Position numbers and translations under genes: made by a program. A model generated the notes under the pieces. It searched no databases and was not told the DNA's origin. It saw only the letters and a program-made list of their open reading frames with translations. Below are positions 1-13,030 of a stretch of DNA of 64,000 bases, in pieces; positions within the stretch are counted from its first letter, which is position 1, and the number at the start of each line of letters is the position of its first letter. The DNA comes from Dimorphilus gyrociliatus (lineage: Eukaryota > Animalia > Annelida), in assembly GCA_904063045.1 (NCBI GenBank), contig CAJFCJ010000003.1, positions 2,900,504-2,964,503 on the forward strand, given 5' to 3'.

Positions 1-2507
1 ATCAAACAATTTTTGTGATAATGAAAGACATTGCTTTGATTCAAGTGATGAAAACTGCTATACAGGTAAATAAAAGAATTTTTCAAAAATAAGTACCAGT
101 TAGCCAAAAACTAATTTATTATTGAAATATATTAAGAATTAGATAGAACGTGCGGAATAAAGCAATATTCATGTTTCCAAAAGTGCATACGTGGAGAATA
201 CAAATGTGATTTTGTAACGCAGTGCGAATCCCTCACTGACGAATTAATGTGCTTTGATAATTCGTTTAGTATCTTGTTTTCAATGCATGTTCAGATTTGA
301 CTCTTTTATATTTAAGTGGAGATTTAGATCGTTGTGAAAATGATTTAAAAGATCACATCATAAGAAATTACTATGCGAGACATAAACATTTATCTAAAAA
401 TACTACTCAGTGTAGAGTTGAATACGATTCACTCAATCAAGCGTTAACGAAAGCAAATTATCCATTTGAAGAGTTATTAAATTGTACTAATGCTAAATGC
501 AAAATAGGTGATTATCAATGCAAAAATGTTAACTATTGCGTTCCTGTTCAATATGTTTGCGATAAAGTAGTTCATTGTTATTGGGGTGACGACGAAGAGG
601 ATTGCGGTGAAATAAATGAAAATCTAATACATCTCTAAAATATCATATTGCATTTTTTATAGAATATTTTACTCCAAAATACTTTTATAAATGTAGGAAA
701 AGCAATGTATTCTTAAATTTAAGCAAAATATGTGATAAGATAGTTAATTGCTTATTTGGTGACGATGAAATGATTTGTGATATAGAAGAAAATCACTTGT
801 CCAACTGTAAAGAATATTGCGATTGTTCTAAAATTTATGAATTATCCTGTTCATTGCAATCAAGAACCAATGATATCTTAACCATATCACCGTCCTATAA
901 ATTCGTTTCAATTATAGGAGTAAAAAAAGAAACAAATATTCAATTTGTAGATTCGAAATTACACACTTTCTTAAATATTTCGTATGGATTTCTTAAATCG
1001 ATAAGCTCTCTAGAATTTTCAAACTTGATTATAATGGATTTGCGATATAATGATATACAGTCATTAGATTATATACAACATTCACTATTCTTGAAGTTAC
1101 AATATTTGAATTTGAACGGTAATTTTAACTTGAAAATTTACAAAAAATCCTTATGGTTGCTACAAGAACTGCTATTTCTTGACATTTCGAATATAAAACA
1201 ACATTCTTTTACAAATTTAACATTTGCTAAATTAAAAAAGCTTAAAGAACTTAGAGTTATCAACTGTTCAATTAGAATAATTGGCAAAGAAATATTTCAT
1301 TCATTAACAAACATTGAAATTATTTATTTCAATAGATCTTTCTTTAATGTAAAATTAACAACGTCTCATTTAAAACGTTTAACAAATTTACAATTGATTT
1401 ATAGTGAATATAAGGATATTTGCTGTATTGTTGAAAATTATTTAGAATCAATAAAACACTGTTCTCCAAGTACTAATTCAAGAGAATGTCAATACTTTCT
1501 ACAAATCACTTCAACAAGAGTTATTTTATGGATAAATGGAATAGTGGGTCTAATTGGAAAATTTCTGTGGTTATACTTGGAAATTAAACTATGTTTTAAG
1601 AATAATATTGATGTTTTTTCATTTATATCAGTACTTTCTGATATGTTACTTAGTCTATATATAATATGTATTGTTTCTATTCATGAAATGTTTGGTTATA
1701 CATTTCATGAAAATAGAAAATATTGGATAAATACCTTTTATTTTATTGTTTTAAAAGTTATTTTTAGTTTTTATGTTTTAAATTCAAGTTTATTATTAGT
1801 ATTTACTGTTGGAAAAAGATATTACATCATTAGAACTAGAAAATTTTTCAGTAAAATCTCATTAAACATTTTCCATTGCGGTATTCTTATTATCAGTATT
1901 GTTTCCTCTTTAATACTCTGTTATTTTAAAGATGTACATAGTCTATTTCTTTTTGAAATAATATATTAATTAAAATATATTTTCTTTCAAAACCAGGAAA
2001 CTTATGATCATTCAATATTAGCTTTGTCAATCTTTGCAGTAAATCCATCTTTTATTATTAAAAGAGATGGATTTGTGATTTTCTTTAGCTGTTACTTTAC
2101 GATGGCTTTCATATTTACGTTAATAATTTTCTTATTAACTTTTCAAAGAATATCATATTCAAAAGATTTTGAAAAAGCAAAATCTACTTTCGAGCTTATT
2201 TTCACAATTTTCACAAACTTTTCAAGACATTTTTTTTGGATATTAATATTCATAATAAGTATAGCATACTGTAGAATTTTACACAATCTATAGATACGTA
2301 TATTTCCAATTGTTTTCCCTTATAGATGTTATATTGTATTATAATAATTCAAAATATGAACACTTTAAAATATATTTCGAAAATTGGGAGATTGTAATCA
2401 TATCGATATTAAATCTTGTTGATTTGATATTTCAATTAATAGCTAGATTAAAACAGAGGAATTTGGCAAAATTGGAGGAAAAGTTTGATAATATTTTTCA
2501 TAATTAA
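1..2507 (+). CDS. LDLa-repeat / LRR / 7TM receptor, GRL101-like (LGR type C), 5'-truncated by window edge
   Basis: Phase-consistent GT-AG exons <1-65, 143-263, 317-606, 663-1933, 1997-2270, 2326-2507. LDLa motifs (CDNERHCFDSSDENC, CDFVTQCESLTDELMC, CDKVVHCYWGDDEEDC, CDKIVNCLFGDDEMIC), LRRs (LIIMDLRYNDI, LQYLNLNGN, LLFLDISN) and seven hydrophobic segments. The TM motifs are divergent: KRY for DRY, no NPxxY. Confidence 0.85.
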
Positions 2508-2549
2508 AAGCATTTTTATATTAAATTTTCGCTATTCGTTCTATTTTAG

Positions 2550-3182
2550 AGAGAAATTACACGAAAATATATTGTATGAAAACAGAAAATTAAGTTAATT
2601 ATATTATTATATTAAAATATCCCTAATTAAACCTAAAATTATTATTTTATAGCAAAATCTTTTGTAATGCAAGCTAATTTACATATTGGCTGCTACTGTC
2701 TGGATACTGATCAAAACTATTTATCATTTAAAGGAAAATATACAATAAGAGAATTTTTCTACATAATTCATAAAGCTTGTGAAAATTTACAATTTCTCCA
2801 TAACCTGCAATTTACGCTGAATGGAAATATAAAAAAATTTATATTAAGAAAATATAGAGGGGTATTAATACCTTAATTATTGAATATTTCTGTAAATATA
2901 TCTTCAATTATTTTCTCCAATAAGCAATCAAGAATATATTTCTTTCGTGCATCTATAGTACAAATTTCTAAAAGAGAGGAAGATCAGCAATTTGATATAC
3001 TATGCTTTGGTACATATTTTAATACTTTGATTAAATAATAAACATATAAACATCACTTATGAGAATTTTCCATAAAACAATATTGTAAAAAAATTAAAAA
3101 GCTAAGCTAAGAGTTATATATTCGCCATTGCAATATGACAATTCCTCTTCCACCTAATGAAGTTGATGTATTTCAATATTAA
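2550..3182 (+). CDS. Putative C-terminal extension of the receptor encoding a degenerate protein-kinase-like (pseudokinase) segment
   Basis: A donor at 2483 skips the TAA at 2505-2507. Exons 2550-2593, 2653-2861, 2925-3009 and 3112-3182 (or 3064-3110) are joined by phase-compatible GT-AG introns of 67, 59, 63 and 102 (or 54) nt. Peptides include ENLQFLHNLQFTLNGNIK and FDILCFG. Confidence 0.55.
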
Positions 3183-3566
3183 AAAAATCCGTTGTTATAA
3201 CATAAATTAAATTTTAAAAATAATGATTTAATGATTTAATGTTACAATTTCTATAATGAAATATATTAGCAAGTAATTTCTCAAGAAGCCTTGATGATGC
3301 TTATTTAATCCTTTTGCGTTAAATAATTTAGATAATAGTAATGGTACTTATATGATGGAGTTTTCCAATATAAAAAATAAAGAGAATTTCTAATTTATTA
3401 ACTGTAATTGTTTTTCTTATTTCTATAAATATAATAAATTGTAGCCAGCAAAAATACTGCTGAACTCTTTAGCTCTGCAATATTATTTCATTGGTTGATT
3501 ATAGTAGAAAAAACAGGCTTTATTCAAATATAAAATACAGTATATTTAGACGTTTTTATTCCATCT

Positions 3567-4460
3567 CGTAATGAAATCAATTAAGGGATCTTTCTTACTA
3601 AATCTCATCGTTTACAATTTTTGTCATAAGGTGGCATTTAACGAATTTATCATTCTTTATCTTCTTTCAATTTTATTTATAATAGAAGAATCGAACCGGT
3701 AAAGCATCCGAATAAAAAAATACAGTTTTAAACAAATGAACATATAATATTTAAAAATCGTTTCTATTGCTCCACAATAATCGATGCATTTGATTTCTAA
3801 TATTAATAAACGTGCTCTTTTCTTTTTTTAAATTTATGAGGAAAGGAAGAGAATTAGGCCTTTCTATAAATCAATATTCTGAGACCATAATAGTTTTCGT
3901 TATTAACAAATCAAATATAAAGCAATACCTCGTTGATTAAATATTTATCTAGCTTAATCAAAGCTTCAGTTTCACCCCTGGGCCATATTGTAGAACCAAG
4001 GTTACTATTATAAAAACCAAGGTCGATACAATGTAAAAACCTCTTCTTTTCACTTTAATATTGATATTGTAGTTGTTTTTAAATCATTTTTAAACCCTAT
4101 ATATCTATTCAACTTGTTAATAAATTAACAGATGTCGTCAGGGGATCAAGATAATTTTTAGAAGTTCATCAATTAAATGCTCCTGCTATTGAAATTCGTT
4201 TCCACTTTAATCTTATATATCCTATTTAGTTTCCAATATGAATTTCTGCCAGCCCTGTATCCATCTATTATGATAATATTCTTTAATTATTTCATACATA
4301 TCTTTATACAGTAATAATATCTAATAGCATCATATTTTCCCTCTTTATCCAATTTTATTAATTAGGCTGCATTATTTACAAAATGTATGTATAGCATTGT
4401 TTTAAATAATTCTATTCTTCAAATATTAACGGTAAATTTAATGTTTTTTTGTCCAATATA
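3567..4460 (-). pseudogene. Decayed cryptochrome / (6-4) photolyase-like sequence
   Basis: Minus-strand 4024-3929 translates DLGFYNSNLGSTIWPRGETEALIKLDKYLINE, an ungapped match to animal CRY ([30 protein letters not shown]) followed by a GT donor. Weaker collinear remnants: LPLIFEE*N (TAG 4414-4412 where CRY has FKEWN), ERPNSL, LLW, PYDKN, DPLIDFIT. They are interrupted by stops and frame changes. Confidence 0.6.
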
Positions 4461-7400
4461 TATTCAATCCTACTAATCATATCATTTCATATATTTCCAA
4501 TGCATTACTAGCGGATTCAATACTTGTTTTTAATTGAATTGATCCTTTAAAAATCTAGTCGCCATTTAAGCTGAACGAATCGTTAAGAGTTTACAATTTT
4601 TGCTGTAGGCATAATGCTTACACATTGTCTACTTGCATTTGAATAATTAAAAACAAACGAATGTACATATTCTACAGTGTTGCATAACAAATTCAAAAGC
4701 TCTTCTGAAAAAAACCCTTTGATTTGTAATAGTATAAAAAAAACAACTCTTAGTATGCTTTCGTCATTAAAAAACGAAAATAAAATGGCGAAGCTAAATT
4801 GGCTCATTAAAGAAACAAACAAACAAACACATGCACGACGAGTTTTAACATCATTGTAACAATGAATAGAGGGCCTATTTTCCTAGGTTGAGAGAACTAG
4901 TTATATTTTGCAAAATTTACCTAGAAATGAGAATTGTACCATGTTCTGTTTTAATTTACAAGTGTATAATTTGTTCAAGGTTATCTACGTTTTACAGATA
5001 GAGTATAATTTTCTGACTAATATAAGTTGAGTACCGTTAGAGAGGAGATAATTTGTAAGAGGAAAAGAAAACGACATACTTCTAAGTATACCAAGAGAGC
5101 TACTACATGTAGTGAAGGTAGCATCATGGCGTTAAACTACATTTTGTATTCAATAGATAGAGAGGCCTAACTGTTGTTAGAAAGCTGTTGATAAAATCAA
5201 GATTTTTAAAGAGAACGTGGTTTGGAATTGCTTAGGAACTGAAACCTTGCAATAAGACGGATTCAATTACCAATACAATATGCAAATTACTGATATTTTC
5301 TAATTTAACGAATTTGTTAGTATTTCTCTATTTGAATTTCGGCGGGAATTTTCAATTGTCTTAAATTTACATTATAAAATGTGGTACAGGGAGCATTATA
5401 GTCTTATAATATGTACAGTATACTAGGGAATATGTCCTGTAACAATAGTAAATTATTAGAAATTAGTTGACATCATGCATGGTTTTAAAATGTAATGTGA
5501 GATAAGTTCTAGATAGAATTTAAACTTATTTATCTTTTGAAATTTTAGAGAATAGTGTGTCTTTTTTGCCTTATACAACAATATTCTTCATAAATATTGT
5601 AAATAGTTAATAAACAACATCAGTTTCTATTTAAAACTTAAATAAAGGTATCATTATTATTATACTACTGATTTTATACTTAATTTACCTTATTAAATAA
5701 ATTAAATCATGAAGAAATAATAATTGCATAACTTGTATTTCTGAAATTTAGGTCAAAATGTTATAAATAATTATTAATATAAGAATTTTTTATAAGTAAA
5801 TTAATATTACAGAAGAAGTATAAAAAATAGAAAGAATGGAAATGAGTATATATATACAAAATTGTAGGTTATTAAAGCCTAATGAGAGAGAGGGGGAGGG
5901 GGGAGAGAGAGAGAATTTTTAAAATAGTGTAACTAGCTTTGATTATTAACAATAAATTATAAATGTATGTTTTCAATGTTAAAGTATTGCTTCGTATATA
6001 TTTTTTTTTATATATTTCTTATATAAAACATCCCTAATCTTCTCCTACTATTAATTTAGTATTATTATAACCAACTCCTATAGTGTAACTTTATACTAGC
6101 TATAATATTAGCTATATATTTATACACTGTATATCTGTATCTAATATATATATTGTATATATATGAAGTTATTAAAACGCTATTACAATATTCTTGTTTT
6201 TATTTAAGCTGTAAAACAATTTTATGAAGAAAGGGTCTATGATGTAAATAAAGCGTAAAAAAATCTGACCCAAGGCAGACTTGCTTTAGTGAAGGATTAT
6301 TATGCAAACGCATTCCTTTTCGAAACTTATGAAATGCATTAATTTTCTCCTTTCTCCTTCCTGTTTCTATCTGTTTTAAAAGTACTTTTTATAAATCTTT
6401 TTCGAAAGTAAACGCTTACTTTCTCTAAGTGTGAAATGGAATTCAATTGAAGTTAATATTATAAATTATGAGAGACTCCTTGATGAATAATTAGTAAGAG
6501 ATTTCAGACGAATTAAGAGGATTATTAGAGAATAGACAATTATTTATTATAAAGTGAAAAAGATAAAGATTATTAAAAATAGAACAAATATCTAATGAAT
6601 TGAGCTTTTGCTGATTTCATTTCGTATATTAATAAAGCTTTATATTTTATTCTGTTCTAAATGCCCTCTACAGCATATTTTATAAACTAAAGTCGAGAGA
6701 TAAACAAAAAAAAAGTTTTTGAAGTAAAGGTTTCTCGAAATAAATGACTGAGTTTATTGTATAAGAATACTTTCCTATGCTAAAGAGATACACTATAAAA
6801 ACGTTTGAATTTCTACAAATAGCTCGCAAAAATTCATATATGAAGGATAAAAAATAAAAGTATACTCGAACCATAATTAAATTTAGCCTCTCTCAGCCTA
6901 TGTTCTTTTAGTTTCATAGTCAGATCATATATGACGAACTAAGTAAAGCTAAGAATAGAAGACAAATACTCTTAACAATGCAAAAAGGTTACTTTTATCT
7001 TTTGGTAAACTCTGTATCAAGTCGATTAGCATCTAATTCAAAAAAGAAAGCATTAGATTGAAATAGTTATAAAACGAACTGTTAAAATGTCCAAACCAGT
7101 ATAGAAATAGCAAATTAATAAGCATGCATTTTATTTGAATGAGTAATTAAGAATGTTTTTCACTGCGTTTACTCGTATAAGTGATGCTAAAAATATAATC
7201 AGGTGTAACATGCAGCACCAGTCTGCAATAAATTCGCAGACAATACACATAACTAAGTGCAGTCGCCGACTCAGTCTTATCTAATAAAAGCTGTTGATCG
7301 ACATTCTTGCCTTAATTGCAGTTTGATTTATGCGACTGCAACACGGCAGTGTTTTTTATTCATCTGTATGCGTGAGTACACTATGATATTAGTATTCTTT

Positions 7401-7770
7401 TCTTTTGGATATACAATTTGCGTTATTTGATGAATACCTTTTCATAAGAGAAATATTGCAGTTCTCTCAAGGGTGAACAGTAGAAGTTGACTTTACAGTT
7501 AAATTTTTTTTATTTATTATTGTTTTGTAGTTTATCAATTGTAGGAGAATTCCTCTATATTTGTGATACTAATATAAAATAAAGTTGGACTATAACCCCT
7601 ATATAAATAAAGAACTGAAAGAACTGTTAAAGAGTTTTCACACTGTATGGATATGACTTTGTGTTAATTCTGAATAAATATAATAATAGAATACTAATTC
7701 GGTTCGTATCCTACTTTCTCTCTTTCTTCTTTCCCTATCTCTTCCAATCCGTTCATAGACAGAGTATCTC

Positions 7771-7775
7771 TCTCA

Positions 7776-7814
<39 letters not shown>
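7771..7814 (+). repeat. (CT)n microsatellite
   Basis: Directly visible CT dinucleotide run. Confidence 0.9.
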
Positions 7815-7819
<5 letters not shown>

Positions 7820-8093
7820 CTTTTACAACCTAAAGAGCTATGAGGGATTAGAGATAATTTTTCAAGTTAACATGATTATTAACTTCTTATCATTAGCAAA
7901 ATAAGATAAAAAAAATCAAAGAAATAAATTTACTTGCTAAACTATTTTTATACAAAATAGATTCATTTCTAACCAAAAGATATTTTCCATTCGATGGAAA
8001 ATATCATTTATTTTATGTCAACTATATCTGAACTGCATATTATAATAGAAATGCGTTCATGCATGTGCGTATATGCATAGGTGCATACATAAA

Positions 8094-8112
8094 TACACAC
8101 ACACACACACAT
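8094..8112 (+). repeat. (AC)n microsatellite
   Basis: Directly visible AC run. Confidence 0.85.
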
Positions 8113-9127
8113 ACACAATACACATAGTGCATAATACATAGAATATAAGAAGTATTCAAAATAAACATTCTATTGGTACTATCTAAGAGCTGAATAAGAA
8201 CCAATTTTCTTTAGATAAATAGACAAGTTTTTTCCTATTGTTTGTTGTCTTCATATTTGTTTAAAAATTATCAATAAATATATTTATAAAGATAAAATTA
8301 ACACCTCTATGATCCGCTTCTCCAACAGCCACGTCACGATATCATAAATGATTAATAAGAAATAATATGATTACCTTGCTAAAAGCTTTGTGAAAATTAT
8401 TGAGGAAGGTCTAAATGTTAAAGATCCTGAATATCTGCATTTTGTATATTTAATAGATGCAATATTCATATGAATATAAATTATATAGCGATATTATAAA
8501 TATGTTCCAAATATTGATTAGATGTTTTAGAACCATAATTACAAGATTTTAATTATATACTTCTGTATTTAGCATCCTTTCAAGAAAGGTGTCTTATTTT
8601 CGATTTCAGCATTTCTATTACTTTCTATAATTACTTGATTACAAGTTTTTTTGGGGAATTCTCCTATCCATTTCCAAAACATCTTTAAACGAATGCGTAA
8701 AAAATTGTTTTGCCACTTTATTGCCAATCCTCTAATACTTATTTACCAAACCGTCATATTCCCTTTTGCATTTTTCTCTTGTCACATTTTCCTCTTTCTT
8801 GTCTTCCTTCTGTTGTAGTTTTTCATTATTTTTTTAATGCATAAAGTATTCAATATTGTGTAAGGAAGAAAGTCAATATCTTTTTCAATCTCGTTAGAGA
8901 GGTTGAATAGAGTAATTTTGTTAAGAAAAAATAAGAATAAAAGCGAAAAAGAGCAATGTCAAAGTCAAGGAAGTAAATCAATAAATATTATATACAGCTA
9001 TGCATGTACACAACCATAAAATTTACCTATGCAAGAAGCGCATTGCCTAGAGACGCTGTTATTATTGATTTCCATCCAGCTAGCCATAGCCAGAAAAATA
9101 AATTATAACTATTAATTTATCTACAGA

Positions 9128-10932
9128 ATGTCTATGAAAAAGTTACTAAGAAGAACTGATTCTATTACAATCCGTTTGGATACAAACGAAAAGAGACGCC
9201 AAAGTATACCTCCAGTAAGTATTTGTGAAAAACCAGAAAAGCCATCAGTGGCATCTGGGTCCTGCCCAAATTTGAATGAGCGGGAGCAAGTTAATAAAAC
9301 GGCAATAAGGCATTCGATTTCTTCTGATGCAAGATTACAATATAAATCAATATCCTCTGGACAGAGAGGACAAAACTTATTACAAGTTCCTGATTTATTT
9401 ACAACTAGTCATGAACATTCTCAAAATATGAAAAAACCTTTAGGAAAATCTTTATCGGATTCTCCAATATTGAAAATTTCAATGAGATCATCTGAATTCC
9501 GAGATGATAGTGGACTAGGTAGGCCATTAATATTGCCTGTCCTCCGAGATCAATTATATATTGGGAATAGAGAAGCAGCTTTAAACGAAGGAATGCTCTG
9601 TAAATTTCAAATTTCCTGCCTAGTCGATTTGACAAACGAACAAGTTCCACCTTTCTCTAATATTCCGTGCCCATGCGGGGCTGATAAACATCCAAGAGCC
9701 GCTTTGAGATTAAACATAGACTTTAAACATCATCAAGAAATGCTAGAGAATTTAGAAAAAATTAACAAATTTATTAAAGGAATTTAGAATGAAAAAGTTT
9801 ATTATTTATTATTGTCACTATGTACAAGTCAACATATTTATAAAGATATATATATACAGTATATACAGTACATATGTACATATGTATATATAGAACAGAT
9901 ACCTTAATTAGCTATTTAAATTTAGACGCAGAAGCGATATATTTGTATATATATATATTAGATATATACACTCATATACATATATTTATAGCCATAATCC
10001 TTTGAAATGAACAAAAATAGCATAAGTCTTTTAATAGAAGAACAGTATAAAAAAGTACTGGTTTCATAAAGCAAGAAGAGAAAAGGAAAGAAGAAAAGAA
10101 ATGATTCATTACTTAAATTGTATTTATTAAGATGAAAATAATATTTGAAATATTATTTTTACGATTAAATTAAGAAAAAACAGGACTTTATTCTAGTTAA
10201 AGGAAAAATAAAGCTTAAATTATACTTTCAATATGCAAGCTGTTGAAATTTGATAGAAAGTTAAATACGCTGTACTTGTCGTTATTCTGATTAAATTACG
10301 CTTTATTTGCGGCTTTATTATCAACATAGGATTAATTCGTAACTAGATGTTCTCTTTTTATAATTTGTATCTGCTAGGTATATAAACTATATTTTTTATA
10401 GTCTTAATATGTAAACTAGATTTACTATACATAGTAGAAAAGTATGCAATAAATTAACTTCATGGATGATTCGTTTACCGTACAAGCCAGAGAGACTAGT
10501 ATACAGTAGATAGTATAAGGCGTAGGGTCCGTGGGTACATAAACTCGTCTAATATTCTCTATTTTAACCTTTTTTTTGTTATATTCATCTAAACAAGTGA
10601 AAGAAAATATAATAGGTGATTATTCACTCTAAATTCCTTTAAAAGGTGGTCTTAAAAATACTAAAAAGATTTTAGTCTACTGCAAAGATGGTTCACCTTT
10701 ATCAACATTGGCGATATTAGAATTTCTTATGTGTGATAGAAATATCAATTTAAGGAAGGCCTATACTCAAATGTTAGGAGGAGCTTCATCTCTTATGGTG
10801 CCTGTTAATGGACAATTACAAAATATATTACAAAACTTGGAAAAAAGATTAGTGGATAAAGATAAACAGTCTTGCTGTTTCGATCAACAAGAACCTTCAT
10901 TTACTTTACCAAAGCATGCCTGGGTGGATTAA
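9128..10932 (+). CDS. Atypical dual-specificity phosphatase-fold protein, probable pseudophosphatase (~312 aa)
   Basis: Exons 9128-9779 and 10646-10932. DUSP motifs: QLYIGNREAALN, ISCLVDLT, INKFIKG|GLKNTKKILVYCKDGSPLS, ILEFLM, LRKAY. The join needs a non-canonical GA donor at 9780. Confidence 0.75.
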
Positions 10933-11183
10933 AATGACTAATAAAATTTGCTGCATGCTTCGGTGTCTGTACTGTCTTTATGCAATGTTATCTTTATAAA
11001 GAATCAATTAGCAGTATTTATTTGAACTCTCTAAATCATATATAGATACGTATATACGTATATACTGCATATATATACGTATACACTGCATATATATATG
11101 TACGACATATTTAATTACAAGCATAATTAATAAATATCAAACATTCTATACATCTCGTCTTGTTACAAATTTTTAACCTAAAA

Positions 11184-11198
11184 CAGCAGATGTCGCCA
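11184..11198 (+). promoter_or_regulatory. CTCF-like motif CAGCAGATGTCGCCA
   Basis: Resembles the CTCF consensus CCASYAGRKGGCRS (one core mismatch, GT for GG). Lies between the DUSP 3' end and the SLC6 gene. Confidence 0.45.
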
Positions 11199-11887
11199 CG
11201 TGAACAGACACATAAAATATAAGAAAATATTTACGGATACAACAAGCCAAAGATTGAAACAAATCTTTCGGTTTGTATATTAAAAATATAAAGATAATAG
11301 AAATAATATTGACGCTTATACATAAACCTATAAGCAAACTAAGCATGATAAGAATAAAAGTTTGCTAATTAAGTGTCTAGAAACATTTTGTTTTTACCAA
11401 AATAGTTATAGTGTTAGACCACCCACCTTGAAATTATATAAATCAATGTATCTAAATAGTAGAGAGTTAAGCAAATCGCTGATAAAGACTAAAAGATTAT
11501 TTCTAGATCATGCTAATTCTTTTTCTCTTGAATATATTTAATATAATATATGTATTAAACAAATTAGATATTAAATAGCATATGGCGTAAACTCTGTCTG
11601 TACAATAAATGTGAATCTGTTTTAGAACAAAAATGATCTAATATTTTAACTCAATTGTTCATACTTAATCTCAATTTCAAGTGGCTAAACCTTCTTTATT
11701 AAGTACAGAACAAAGTGTTTGATCAAGTATTTAAGGAGAATAAGATTCCCCCAGAAAATATATAAAGATTAATTGAGATTTTTACCTTTATGGCCCCATT
11801 TTTAGATATTTTATATGTGTTGTTTAATATAAAATTGGTAGGAAATTTTATGATTATATAAAAGCATTTTATTATTCATATATATAC

Positions 11888-11916
11888 TGTATATATATAT
11901 ATATATATATATATAT
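11888..11916 (+). repeat. (AT)n microsatellite
   Basis: Visible TA run. Similar runs at about 18404-18429, 19590-19623, 25329-25350, 35580-35600 and 41976-42018. Confidence 0.85.
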
Positions 11917-12667
11917 CAACTGTTCTCCTAATTTCTCTTTTTCTGTATTTTCCATCATTATAATGTTTATTTAATACAGAAGGAAAAATATAAAGTAAAA
12001 AAAGAACATCATTCCTAATTTAGAACGCGTTTAGTAAAAAAATTTCTCATATAACACCTATATAACAAAATCAAGGCCGTTTAGTCAAAAGTACCCACAG
12101 ATGGAGTCGTGATCGAAAAATATATTACTGCATGATTAATAAACACCATTTAAATACCATAAAGAGATAAAGAGTTTATGACCAAAGAGAATCGTTCGTA
12201 CAATAGATTTCGAATTGTACAAACAATACGAACATTTAACGATTTATTAGAAAGTAGAACACAATGAAAAACCTTCAAAATTTACGACTAAGATAATTAA
12301 ATTATCATAAAATGTGAAATAAATATATATCTTACTTTTTCTTTTCATTTTCAGATTTTGATTTCTATTTAAAGCGAAAAAAGTTCTAAGTTTCATTCTC
12401 AATTATTCACTTCTTATAGTACTATTCTTTTCCCTTTATTTCCTTTTAATTATAAAGTTTAAACCTTCCCTATCCATGTCTTTATACCTTTTAATATATC
12501 ATCCAAATTGTTTACCACTTGTTTACCCATGAGATGGCGCCTATTTAATTTTTTTTACTAGATTACTTTGTCAAGCGAAAATTTCATTGCACTAATTATA
12601 TTCTTTTATATCTTATTTAACGACTGCGGCACGAAAAGAAAATTTCTTTGGTTTGCTTATTTTTCCT

Positions 12668-12950
12668 AAAAGATGAAATAGAAGAGATAGAGAGAAAAAA
12701 ATAAGACTTGAGAGAACGAACACGAAAAAGCAAAATGGATACAAGAGAGATCATGAGAAAGAAAAAATTGGGAGGGAGACAGAGAGAGAGAAAGAGAGAA
12801 AGAAAGAAAGATATGTAGAGATATAAAATGAAAATGAGATCTCGAAAAAGAAAGAGGAGGCAGAGGGAAAGATAGAAAGATTGGTTGGTGATATAAAGAA
12901 AAGGTGAGAGAGAGAAAAAGGAATAGAAAGCACGAGAAAGAAAAAAAGAA

Positions 12951-12989
<39 letters not shown>

Positions 12990-13030
12990 AGGCAAAAGTG
13001 TAAAAAAGAGATGATAGAAAGAAAAACGAA
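12668..13030 (+). repeat. Polypurine (GA-rich) low-complexity tract including (AG)n at about 12955-12988
   Basis: Almost purely A/G strand. It explains the spurious L/S/F-rich minus-strand ORFs. Confidence 0.85.

Noticed and set aside
4583-4859. Overlapping ORFs 4583-4822 (-) and 4677-4859 (+) as genes or transposase remnants
   Set aside because: No recognisable motif, terminal inverted repeats or target duplication, and no clear CRY homology.
7258-7340. 9-bp inverted repeat TGCAGTCGC/GCGACTGCA near a likely DUSP 5' UTR exon
   Set aside because: Too short and widely spaced to support a MITE or structured RNA.
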